From: Catajapyx aquilonaris | Lineage: Eukaryota | DNA length: 64,000 bases | Direction of reading: 5' to 3' | Assembly: GCA_000934665.2 (NCBI GenBank) | Contig: JYFJ02000684.1 | Location: 1 to 64,000 of the forward strand | Part shown: piece by piece, positions 51,301-63,210 of the stretch | How positions within the stretch are numbered: the stretch's first letter is position 1 | Layout: every line of letters starts with the position of its first letter | The notes under the pieces: generated by a model | Told to the model about the DNA's origin: nothing | Databases searched by the model: none | Seen by the model: only the letters and a program-made list of their open reading frames with translations | Made by a program: the position numbers and the translations under genes

Positions 51301-53905
51301 ATGGACGGTTGTCACTCGAATCGGACACAAATGTGCTCGACATTGCTCCTGTAAGGAATGAAGGCAAGATGGTAGCTATACATATCAAAAATGAATGCAT
51401 TACACTAATTCTCAACGTACGGGAATTTTAAAAACCAATTCATTACTGGATCTCAACAGTGCGAATTCATCGCTCACAACAGAGGTATCTTGCCATCATT
51501 AATAATTCTGTTCAACTCTGTTGGCTGATTGAGTGACGCAAAAGGAACTAATGGCATGCTGTGCCAAAACAAGCATCAAGACTACAATTATACCCAAGCG
51601 ATTGCCTTCACTTTATATTATTTTCCCCCTTACATCATATCGAGTGTGGCCTCATACGACGTGATAAAAGTGCACTTAAAACGTCTCCGTCATTTAAGAT
51701 CCTCTGTAGCACACAAGTACAAGTCACGGTACAGAGCTTCTTTCAAATCATTAATCTGTTTCCGACATTATTACTGTCCCTGTGGACAAATATTTTAATT
51801 AATCTTTACATTGGCGGTAACATCCTTACAGCATAAGCTCCCTTGTCATATCTCAGCAGATTCTGATTTGCATCTATTGTGCAACAACTTCTGTTAATAT
51901 TTTGGGGGCACTTGCAGATCAACCAGAAGTGGACCAAGGCAGTTGGGCAGGGTGCCAAATGATTGAGGAAGACACAAAATGACTCGAACCATATTCGAGA
52001 TGACTTGGATAAGAAAAGAAAAAAATCAACACAAATATTCCACATTCAATTGAAAGAAAAATTTAATAGCCCTAACACGTTCAACTCACGGCAAGTAGCA
52101 CCAACAAAAAGAACCGCCTGACTATATTGGCTAGAAAAATTCCAGCCTGTTAACGGGGTCATGCAACATGCCCATGACAATAGGATGTACATTCCATCAG
52201 CTTCCTTCCTGGCCCAAAATAGCCTAACATATTCTGACTGGGTATTTTGTACAAGTTGTTACCATATAAGGAGATGCTCCTTTTCCAGCAGTCACAATAA
52301 GAAGCATAATCTCCACTGCTCTTATTTCCGCACAGGCTTGTGCATTAGATGTCAACGTAACTGTGCGTAACATTCTGTAATGGTTTGCATCATCAGGTAG
52401 CTCAACCCAAGGGGGTAGTCACTTTGGAGAGCCGGTGTACACCCTCACTGGAGAGCCGCAGAGAGCTTCGGAGAGCCGCGGAGTGCCGAGGAAAAACGAT
52501 GACATATTGACGTCATATCATCAACCCCGCGGGCTGTGAAGTAGTTGGCTCTCTGAAGCTCTCTGCAGCTCTCCAAGGCTCTTTGCGGCTCTCCGAGGCA
52601 TCGGTGAGCCCGTAAGACCGTAGGTGAGCCTGCTGGTGAGCCGAGGAGAGCCGCAACTCAAGAGAGTCGGTGTACACTTTTTTGAGGAGTGACTACTCCC
52701 TTGGCTCAACCACCATAACAAAACCATATTTTCGGTTGCACCTGACAGAATGCGACAAGGAATGCCACAGTCGTCGCTGGAGATGATGGATTCAATTAGC
52801 GCTTACTCCATAACTAGCTCAAGGAGGCAAACACACAAAATAAATCACCACACAAATGACGTCTCATCAGATAGTAGATGGCCCTCTGTAATTACCCGAA
52901 TGACACTACCACTGGCCAAATGCGCTGCTTCCTGTAAAGGCCCATTCACACAGGCCGTCGACGGTTTTGGTTTTGGTTTTGGACCAATCAGAGCGGGCCC
53001 TCAAGGTAACCATGACGCGTTGCTTACGTGAGGGCCCGCTCTGATTGGTCCGCGGAGTCGACGAGACCCAAAACCAAAACCGTCGACGGCCTGTGTGAAT
53101 GGGCCTTAAAGGCTGACTGACACCAGTTGCACGAACAAAAATAAAAAAAGGAACCGATCCTGCTTTTCAATGTTCATAATCAGAGCTCGACCCCCTCAAG
53201 TCGGCTAGAGACATATCAGATCATTCTTACCCGAGCTCTTGCGTGCACCGATTTGTTCCCAAGACCAGGTTATCCCTTCCGTATGTCGATGAGGTGCCTC
53301 GCTTTATGGCGCTTCACTAACGCAGTTTTCTAGTAGAATTATTTTTACGATTTCCTTGCCCTTAGGGAGGTGCACAAATCAGCCCGAGTCCTACCACTAC
53401 ATGTTCTAAACCTTTTTATATGTACTGGCAACATTCACTTTACGGTGGTCCGTACCTTCATGCAAGCAGCGACCTCGTCTATCAATCAGCGCACCTCATC
53501 GGAACCATGCCGCATTGTATTGGCTTTCTCATGTGTTATGGCACCACAATACCCCCTTCAAAAATACCCCATCCAGTTCAGTGGCCCTTGTTCCTTCCTT
53601 CCTTCCTTCCTTCCTTCCTTCCTCCCACCCACCCCCCCTGTTCCATCCGCCATGTTGGAATACGGTGGGGGAAAAAAAGACGCACCATCGATTTGCCCCC
53701 TTCTGTTTGGGACAAAGCCTCACCTTTGCTGGTTCGGACCCTGGGGTCTGCAGCGGGCAGGGGCCTGCCCCCAGTTGGGATGGAGTCTGTCCTGCGGGCA
53801 ACGGGGATAAAGGCGGCCCTATCTGTCCCGGGTGCCGGGCGTCGGACGCTGGGAGCCTCTTCTTCCACACCCACCGACTCGGAGCTGCGGCGCAGCTTCC
53901 GCCAT
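39304..53905 (-). CDS. DIDO1/PHF3 family protein (similar to Drosophila pps): PHD, BRK, TFIIS-M, SPOC, Pro-rich and RD/RS tail
   Basis: PHD WCICKKPHNNRFMICCDKCEEWFHGKC...WLCPNC; CIVC..IYCSDKC; BRK-like ERRVLVFERKSG..WLKLHPTFE; TFIIS-M KYKSRHRSLVFNIKDKKN; SPOC VWNGHINMADVAKF..VKDFYILPL; start either ATG 53905 (MAEAAPQLRV, in-frame splice 53875->51348) or ATG 51343 (MSSTFV). Confidence 0.93.
50073..50352 (-). other. Long imperfect pre-mRNA hairpin enclosing a candidate 54-nt cassette exon (50322-50269)
   Basis: 50073-~50189 is an imperfect reverse complement of ~50234-50352; exon has a tag acceptor and CTG|gtgagta donor and keeps phase 1-1. Confidence 0.7.
51040..51092. repeat. Short tandem repeat (~CAGTGGAAAGGACAGGG x3), probably within a repeat-element fragment
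   Basis: Direct repeats visible at 51040-51092. Confidence 0.6.
52408..52703. mobile_element. MITE with CAAGG termini and 8-bp TSD (P-element-like; hAT not excluded)
   Basis: TSD GCTCAACC (52400-52407, 52704-52711); 16-bp TIR CAAGGG(G/A)GTAGTCACT; internal GAGAGCCG-type repeats in both orientations. Confidence 0.85.
52938..53106. mobile_element. PIF/Harbinger (Tourist-like) palindromic MITE
   Basis: TAA|AGGCCCATTCACACAGGCCGTCGACGG...CCGTCGACGGCCTGTGTGAATGGGCCT|TAA. Confidence 0.9.
53591..53623. repeat. (TTCC)n microsatellite
   Basis: About 8 units. Confidence 0.9.
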
Positions 53906-54286
53906 CTTGATTCTTGGGCCTATCAGTATCGATATTGGGGGCCCACCAAACAAACGGAAATATCGATATGTCTCACACGGAGGTACGCGGGCAAGACGCG
54001 ACCGAGACGCGGGCATATGTACGGGGGATGTTGTACCGGGCATGATCTGGCTCTATTGCATTGTGGCTTGCATTGTGGATACAAATCAAACAGTCTTCAT
54101 ATTGCAATATCGGTTCTGCGGCCGTATCGATATTTTGTCTTTTAATCGTATTTAAAACGCAGTGCGTGGAATTTACGTGAGGTACATTAATTAGACGGTT
54201 GTAAACATTACCAGAATTTTGCCGTGGTGCTCAACGTGTGGGCTTCACGAGTGCAAACATGGCGCACCACTTCTGACGTCACGTGA
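53897..54286 (-). promoter_or_regulatory. Promoter of the DIDO1-like gene: YY1 motif, three DRE palindromes, overlapping CRE/E-box
   Basis: CAAGATGGCGG (minus strand, ~53899-53909); TATCGATA at 53927, 53961, 54125; TGACGTCACGTG at 54274-54285. Confidence 0.65.
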
Positions 54287-54408
54287 GCAGATTTATCACA
54301 AAGAGTTAAGAGGACAAGCATGGCCGTCAGGAGAGGGATGTTTGTACCCAGAAAATTGCAGGATTTCATGACGGAATTGCATGTATTTGTACACTGTACA
54401 TCAATAGC

Positions 54409-55193
54409 TTATGTGCAAGTGCTTGAATAGACGTCATAATATTCTTTTTTCTCCTTTTCATTGCCCTCATCAATAAGTCGATCTGAAGCTGCAGAGAGTG
54501 ACTTCTCGTCCGAACAATCTCGATGTAAAATGGCATCAAAATTAGCAACTGCAAAGAGCAGAAAAAAACATCAGAGGCAATTTATTCACGCTGTAAACAG
54601 CAGTAATAGGACTCACCCTCAATCATGAAGGAAGTACACACAACGTGCAGGAATAGAAATTTTTTGTCGTAGTCAACGTACAGCACTGCCACAGTCGCGT
54701 AGTATGGGATTGGAAATGAGAGCACTTTCGCAGTGCCAGCACCAGTGTACTCCCTGTCATTATTCGGACTCCTGGTCAGGGTCACCGATTGCTTGTTTTC
54801 TTCTTTTGTACTGAAAAATATATAACATTTCGTCGCGCATTCTGGAATAGTATAGTAGGCTAATTGTGTATCATATATACAGACGAATCATTTACTTTGG
54901 ATCGGCGTAAGTGGCTTCCACATCCATGGCATCATCTTTCTTCATTTTCAACTGGATAACAGGACAGCTGACATAATCGCTGTAGTCTTCAGAGCACTTC
55001 ATCACACACCATTTGCCTTCTACCTGAATGTGTGACGCACATACACTAAAAGTAATACACTGGCGTACTTCCAACCAAAATATTGGGCAACATACTGTAC
55101 CTTTGAAGGTTCGTATTTGTCTCCATCAGGATAGTTCCCAAACGTGCAGATCGTCAGACTGAACAGTACTACAATCTGATTGTGAGATTTCAT
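54409..55193 (-). CDS. Small secreted lipocalin-like protein (4 exons, ~185 aa)
   Basis: Exons 55193-55101, 55023-54896, ~54810-54618, ~54548-54409 join in frame: signal-like MKSHNQIVVLFSLTICTFG, GxW motif YEPSKVEGKW, VLYVDY (TDY-like), ILHR and a C-terminal Cys. Confidence 0.75.
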
Positions 55194-55790
55194 TTTAGCT
55201 GAAAAGAAGTGCAAACCAACAGACTAGTACACTTTCAATAGTGATTCACAAAATGATTTTTCCCTGCAGCAGCACGTACCGGTATATGCGCAGCTGGTGG
55301 GTATAATGTAATGTATAAAAAAATGCGCGTATGCATATATATGATTTATTCATATATGTGAGGCAAATTGCACAGTAGGCCTACACTGTATACAGTTGAC
55401 GTTTTATTCTGTATTAATTATGTTGTTAATGTTGAATGACTGGGCTGTTGGGCCTTATGGACATGGTCGGTCCAATAAATTCCGAATAAGTACACTGTAT
55501 ACAGTCGCAGAGAACAGAAATATGTGAAATAGTCGGAACCATACCTGACATTTAGGCCTATAATGATTATGAAACATGCAAATCGAAATTTTCCCCAGGG
55601 TGCAAAATAATAAATATATAGGCAAATGTGGTGCCACTCAGCTGTTCTCAAACCAGGTGTTTATTTTTCGATAACTCATGCTGCTCAACACAATATGAAT
55701 CACAAAATGAGGCATGTTGTAAGATCATATAATTATACGGAGACTTCTGCTCATTGCATCGCTTATTGAAAGTGGACTGGATGGATATAA

Positions 55791-58342
55791 TCACTGGATC
55801 TTGATCCCGACAGTCTTTGACTCAGTGTACAGCTCGAGAGAGTGCCTGGTACCTTCCCGGCCCATCCCGCTCTGCTTCATTCCTCCGAAGGGCATGTCCA
55901 AGCTGCGACTCAGCCAGGTGTTGATCCAAACCGTACCTGCCTGCAAGTATACACACGACGACCATGAGAAAGAAAGCCAGACATTTCTATACGATATACA
56001 AGGTGGTCCCTGAAAAAGAAATACTATATAGTGACCTTTATTTGATGGGCGACCCGATGGACCATTCCTACGTCTCCCCCAAAGACACTGGCACAGAGTC
56101 CGTAAGGGACGTCATTGGCCCTCCGAACCACCTCTTCCTCCGTGTCAAAGGGCACCAGGCACACCACAGGGCCGAAGATCTCTTCCTGCATGCATCGACT
56201 GCTGTCCGACAGACCCGACAACACCGTCGGCCACAGGAAGTAACCCTGCAGAAGTAACAGGTTGAAGAGTTGATTTTTGTGGTTTAGGGTGTAACATCGC
56301 ACAACTTATTAATATACTTCCACTAATTGCGCTTAATAATTCTAATAATAATAATCACCTATAATCTGCTCAGGATTGTGTGATCAAGTGAACACTTTTT
56401 ATGCTGGTTCAAAAGCTTTTACCTATATTCATCAGATACCGTTGACCAATTGATCACGAAAAACTATTGTTGTTGATTTGTTGCTTCTTTTTAAACTGAA
56501 CTTCTGAAGCAGGCTGTACACTGACCTCTTCGTATTGGCTGGGACGGCAAGGCTGGTTCACTGTTTCTCCGCAGTGAACTGTTGCTCCTTCGTTCTTGGC
56601 CAACCTGATGTAGCCCATCACCTTCTCGCGATGGTCGGAGCTGATCAAAGCTCCGACAAAGTTTGATTCGTCGTCCGGACCACCAACCTTCAATTTCCTG
56701 AAAATAGTGCGTATTTACTCAGTAATCAAGGTGGCCTGATTTTGTGTTAATTGTTTCCAGAAAGCCGCGACTAATCACTGAAGAGCCATCCCAAAATATT
56801 ATATGTTGAAATGAATCGTGCCTTGAATTAATGAATTTACGTAATTGTAATATTTGCTGGTGTCGGTATAGTTCGACCAATGCTTATTGGAACAGTGTTA
56901 CCGTACTTGACTTGCTCCACGAAATCGGTGAGAAATGTTTCCCAAATGTTCCTCTGGACATACAGCCTGGAGGTGCAGAGACAGACCTCCCCCTGATTGA
57001 GGAAGCATGACCTCATCAGAATCGGAAGAGCATTCGCCAGGTCCACGTCCCCGAACACTATCCCTGGGTTCTTCCCACCAAGCTTAAAGAAAAGCAACAA
57101 GTTTTCAGTCGTCACCAAAGAATTCTTAGAACATGTTGTATATGTATAGGAGAGCACACCTCGAGAGACACTTTCTTGAGCATGGGAGCAGCTATGGAGT
57201 TGATTCGCTTTCCAACGGCTGTGCTTCCGGTGAAGGATATGATCGGTACATCTGGATGTCTCACCAGGGCCTCTCCGACATTAGGACCGGTACCGAACAC
57301 CATGTTGATCACACCGCTTGGAAATTCTGTCAAAACTTATGTTCATCAAAAAAAAGTTTTGCCAAAAATGGCAGCTCCCTCCTCAACTTTCACCTTGCTA
57401 AAGTGCTGTCAGTTATTGTACAGCATCATACCATACCAATGTCGTGTAGCAGTTGGCAGAGCTTCCAGGCAGTGACCGAGGTCATCTCGCTGGGCTTGCA
57501 CACGACGGTGTTTCCTGTGACAATGGCAGGTGCGATCTTGAAGGTCAGAAGGTACAGGGGAAGGTTCCACGGGGATATGAGAGCAGCCACTCCGATTGGC
57601 TCGCGTCGGGTGTAGTTCACCAGGCCCAGGTCAGTCACGCTGTTCGAACTATATAGACGAGTATACAGGGTGGTCCTATATAATTTGATTCTTTCTGCTA
57701 CTTTTGGTGAACAATATTAGTGACATAGGCAAAACCGGATGGCTCCCTATTATTGTTGACATATTGATCTTACTCTTCCAAGTGATGCTGGTAGTACTCG
57801 GCGAAGGCCCGGAAGTTGTGTGAGACCCTGGGTATTTCGACATTTCTGGCCAACCAGAGAGGCTTTCCCTGGTCACGCGATTCCATCATGGCCAGCTCAT
57901 CCTTGTTGGCTTCGATGGACTCGGCGATTTTGATGGCCCATCCGCACCTCTCCTGCACGCTCAGAGACGACCAGCTGGGAAATGAACAGAATCATATTAG
58001 CCTAAGGGACCAAATAATTAATCGCCCCCAGTGCACAGCTTATATCTGTCTATTTTGTGCCCAAAATCACTGGACAGGCAGTGAAACACATGATTTTGGT
58101 AATATATTTTCCCGCAATAAAATCTTTTCATTCCCCACACATACAGTGTTTCACACCCAGCACCTTGGAAAGGCTTTTTTGGCAGCGTCCACAGCCGCGT
58201 CCACTTCCTCTCCCGAACTGTCCGGAACCAAAGCCCATGTCCGTCCAGTGGCGGGCTCCACACTCTGGATGAATTTTTGTCCAGGACGGAACTTCCCCCC
58301 TATAAAGTTCTCCAGCATATGATCCCAACCTCCGCCTTCCAT
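55791..58342 (-). CDS. ALDH8A1: 2-aminomuconic semialdehyde dehydrogenase (ALDH8A1)
   Basis: MLENFIGGKF, ESRDQGKPL, ISPWNLPLYLLTFKIAPA, KPSEMTSVTAW, ISFTGS, catalytic SLELGGKNP and NQGEVCLCTSR, EEIFGPV, PFGGMKQSG; stop at 55791-55793. Confidence 0.93.
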
Positions 58343-59264
58343 CTCTGTGCCACTATAATGCCACTGTCCTCTCTGCCTTGTATAGTCTGTTTGGAGGTCA
58401 GGCAGATGATAAGATAATCGCGCAAGTGGCCTCCCAAAGGATTTGCTTATCGCCTGACACTTTCCTAAGCATGCATATCGCATCTGTCGACCTGCCCTGG
58501 CAACACCGGATAGGCAGATTCATCTATTCAATCAGCAATCGTGGGCTTAATATCACGCTTAAGTACTACAACAAGCGACACGGTGGTCTATAGTCGCTTT
58601 AGTAGTGCTATACAATAACACTGGACTTGGCGAATTCAGCACTCTCTGCCACCTATACATGTTTGGACACTTTTGACAATAATTAAAATATAGTTCCATG
58701 GAGCAGTGGATTAATCAACTCATTTTCAATAGGGTCCCTCTGAGAGGTGACTGGGCAATCACGAGGTGTTTAATTAATTAATCATGCTTGGAAATGCAGA
58801 CACTGAAAAATAAAGCTATATAGATAAAATAAGAAATTCCCGTAACCCCCCCAAAAAACCTAATTACATTCGCAATCGCCGAAATATTCAGGACCACTGA
58901 CATGTTTACGCAGAATCTGCAATCAGCCAGGAAGCCATGAATACGATTAGTGATCGTTACGCAAGTAGTTTGTCATATTCTTGGCAAGCTGCGTCTCAGA
59001 GAGTCCATCACATAATATTAGGACATGATCTGCATTGCTGATAAGTAAGTTGCCGTCTTCCTGTACTATATTTACAAGATGTGTGTTCCTCCATGACCTT
59101 TTGGACTAAGGTGCACCTGATAGTGCTCGATATCTCTGTTGATTGGCCCATTGTTTGATTGCCGATAAACGCACATTTAGAAGAGAGAGCGAGTGAGCCA
59201 GAGAGAGATGTGTTAATCGGGCAGTTTCAACCCGGATTGTTACGGTGCCACAGTGCGCGAAAGG

Positions 59265-62200
59265 ATGAGCTCGGAAGCTGCTGGAGTCGATGGAGAGGAG
59301 GGTTCTTTAGAGCAGCAGGGGCGGCCCCTGGGCGAGAAAGGGTGCTTTTGCGGCGGAGAGGACAGCAGTGGTAAGCTGAAGTGGGCAGCGGAATATGTGG
59401 AGGTGGACTTGAATGCCTCCGATATGAAGAGGCCTGGGCCGAGGAGGGCCCTATCCGAATCTGCCGTAGTTCTCAGGAAAAAGCAGTGCAGCAACAGGGA
59501 CATCAGGCAGGTCAGTCCGTGTGACCTCTGTATACTCATAATCCGACCCAGACGCAAAAAGCAACCAGCTGATTTTTAAAACACTGAGTTCCAACTATAC
59601 ATCAGTTACACTTGTCAACTTTTAAACCCTATTCGTATAATTATGTGCTGGTGCTACCTAGTAGAAGCAACCAATTCTTTCAAAAGTAACTATTTAAAAA
59701 TTACCAGCCTCTAATGTGAAAAATATATCGCCAGGCTACACTGTAGGCTACTGTGCTCCTGGTAAAAAATGCTGACTGCTGGAAGCAGGTTTGATTGGGT
59801 TTGTTGGAGGAGCCGAAACAACTAATAATGAGGTAAAACTTGGTACAGCATGACGTGGGTTAGTGTCCCACTATACTGATATCTCCCAGCATTGCGGTGA
59901 ACTCATGATCTTTCAGAAAGCACGAGACCTGACCTTTCTCTCTTAGATTGTGCATGAGCATTTTAAAGTAATCATTCCTATATGGATATATGCACAAAAG
60001 AACGAAATCTGTCTGCTATAAAAAAGGGGGCAACCAACCCAGTGCTGTGGGAACCTTCCGACAGTAAGAATCTATAGATAAGAGGTGGGAGTTACCTACT
60101 TACACTTATTTGTACGTAATGTATACGTATATCGTGTAGATCTAATATCTTTCTGTACAACATCACCTTGGCAGCAGCCCAAAGCAATGAAATTTCCCCA
60201 TGGATCAGTGACTATAAACTACTATTGAACGTGAAAGTGGTCATACCTCAGCATTTCGGTGTTTAGGATGCCCTCTATTTCGATGGTATCACAAACTGAC
60301 CCTATCTATCTCTGCATATAAAAATAGCGGATGCATCAGTATTTCTGTTACAAGGTCCTCATAAAGTTGGATATTCGGCACAAAAAATATCGTGACAAAT
60401 TATGATAACCGCATAAAAGAAGTCACCCTCTATACAGAACTATATGAAACTTCAAACGTATGAACTCTCATATTTTGAAATAATATTCCAATGTGTGATA
60501 GTCATGTCATGCGTTAATTAATGTCATCTCTTTCGTTGCAGTTACGGGACAAATTGCTTCGTAACTACACCCAGTCCAGTTCGACAGGGTTTCTGCGGAG
60601 TCTATCCAGTCGGCAGCTATGGATGCTGTTTTCCATAGCCCTGATAGAGTTTACCAGCTCCTGCGCCATGTCCATCATGGCCCCATTCTTCCCTATAGAG
60701 GTCAGTAACTTGCTGATAAGAGTCTATCTATATACATCAGTAATAAATCTTATTGTAACCACGGATTAACCACATATATTTCCCTCCATTTTTTCCAGGC
60801 TGCCTCGAAAGGGATGTCTATATCAGTGTCCGGTTTCGTGTTTGCTTCTTACGCTCTAGTCATGGTCATATCCTGTCCATTCATGGGGAAAATTGTGAGT
60901 GCCCATTTCATGCCAGTATTTTAACACTAAGGCAACATTGTACGGTTCCTGAAACTTGTCACATGATCCCAATGAACAAATGGGATTGGATGAGAAATGT
61001 TTTAAAAATCCATCATTATCATAATTATTACAGTTTTATTATTTTTATTAATTTCAGCTCCCACGTGTTGGATGCAGGTTTATGCTCCTCATGGGGGTTC
61101 TCGTATGCGCTGTGTGCAACATAATTTTCGGGTAAGTGTCACGCAAACCAAGGTAACTCGGGGTCCAGTATTGTCCCTTGGTAATGTCTCATGTGAACGT
61201 GACCTTCTGTCCTTCCAGGATGCTGGACAAGTCGCCTCCAGGAGACACCTTCACTGCCCTGTGCTTCTCTGTCAGGATAATGGAAGCTCTAGGGGCGGCC
61301 GCCTTCTCCACTGCTTGCTTCACCCTGGTGGCAGACTTATACTCGGACAACATAGGGGCCGCCCTGGGGATCATGGAGACCTTCGTGGGGCTAGGGCTGA
61401 GCGTGGGGCCTGCCATCGGAGGCGCCCTGTACCAGCTGGGAGGCTACGGGCTGCCCTTCTTCTTCCTGGGGGTTGCCATGATCCTGTCCATGCCCTTCAA
61501 CTGGATCCTGCTTCCTTCGGTGGAGGAGTGTGGGTACGTCGAGGAGTCCAAGCCAGCAGGGATCACCACTCTGCTGACCGCTCCACCGGTCATCGTGGTC
61601 TCCTTGGTCGTGGTCGTCGCATCCAACACCTGGGGATTCCTCGATCCAACCCTCGAGCCACATCTCAGGCAGGTGCGTTTCGGTGATGAAGGTATGGTCT
61701 ACAATAATTGGTCCTGATTGTTGACATATTTGACCCGCAGTTCGACCTCCCTGTGGACCAGCTGGGACTGTTCTTCCTGCTGGTTTCGGCCATGTACGCC
61801 ATATTCAGTCCGATCTGGGGCTGGCTGGCAGACCAGATGATCGAGGCCTGGCCTATGATGGTGGCCGGACTCTTCGGATGCGCAGTCTCGCTTCTTCTCA
61901 TAGGGCCATCTCCTCTGCTGCCATTCCTTCCAGAGTATGCTAAACCATCTCCGTATAATGCTGGACTTGGAAATTATTATTTTCCCTTTACAGGGCCATA
62001 TGGCTAAACATAGTCTCGTTGATAATCCTGGGCATTTCCTGCGCGTTGGTGCTGCTGCCAACATTTGAAGCCATCTTGGATTACGCCATGTACGTGTGTT
62101 GATATGAGTATATACAGGAAGGTGCACAGTCCAACGTGGAGGAAGGGACGAATATTGTTCATTCCAACAACCAAACAACAATGCAGCAATGAAGGATGCA

Positions 62201-63210
62201 CTCATTAGTCGGGATTGTTTCTTCTTTTAAAACATGGTTGCTGGATTGGGTGCCTTCCCTTCTCTTTACGTGTTTTGGCAGTTCACTGTCCTACATTTTT
62301 GAATCGTGGTATGCGTGATCCAAATATCATTTATTTCCAGAGCCTCAGGTTGCTCCGACAGCTTGGGCACTTACAGCGTTGTTGCAGGACTCTGGTCGTG
62401 CATGTATTCTCTGGGGTAAGTTTAAATAACACATCAGGAGTATTAGGGACAATCTGTCACAGCAACACAGAGACTACAATAAATTCATAGTGCACAAAAA
62501 CTGGCTGTACCAGTGTGCTCCTATACACAGTGTTAGGAGTTAAATATATCAAAATAATGGAAGGCTGTGCACTACTACAACAATATTAACTAATTTCAGG
62601 GAAGTGGTTGGTCCATCTTTAGGAGGAGTATTACTGGACAACTATGGCTTTCCGGTGTGTTCAAGCGTGATGGCCGCCATGTGCATCGTTTTGGTAAGCA
62701 ATTGTTGGCTGGGAACAAACTGAGAACAGAATGAATAAAAGGCTCTAATAATACCGCACTTCAATTACGATCAGGCAACCGGTCCTAATATGAAATGCCA
62801 TTGCGGTAGAAAAATATCGTTGCTTATACTAATGTTGCCAGACCAGATCAATCCGTGTTCCAGTTGCAGTCCTGTACGTGTGATGTGGCAAGCGTGCTAA
62901 AAAATATCCCCCAATGATTCACATGCAGGCAGTTGGAGTTCAGCTGTTCTTCTGCTGGTGGGGCCCATTGGACTTGCCAGAGTCTGAAACCACTGATTCA
63001 GACAGTGCCCTGATGAACGACAGCTGCTCCTCTGTTCTGGAGAAGCTGTCCAGGTCTTCCTCCTTAACGGACGAAAGGAGTCCCCTCCTGTCCTCGCAAA
63101 ACGGGCACTCGGGACTAAGAAACCCGGGACACATCCTGTCCATGCAGTTCAAAGACCACAAACCGGTCAAGACGGTCATGATTTCAAGCTCTGGCGCCTG
63201 CGAGGTCTGA
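59265..63210 (+). CDS. SLC18B1: MFS-type transporter SLC18B1 (canonical-looking copy, ~10 exons)
   Basis: SIMAPFFPIE|AASKG, VRIMEALGAAAFST, METFVGLGLSVGPAIGGALYQLGGYGLPF, WGFLDPTLEPH, LLIGPSPLLP, YSVVAGLWSCMYSLGEVVGP, C-terminal ERSPLL dileucine-type motif. Confidence 0.9.

Noticed and set aside
53370..54155. Overlapping 100-240 aa ORFs
   Set aside because: GC-rich promoter/first-intron sequence with a microsatellite; no recognisable protein
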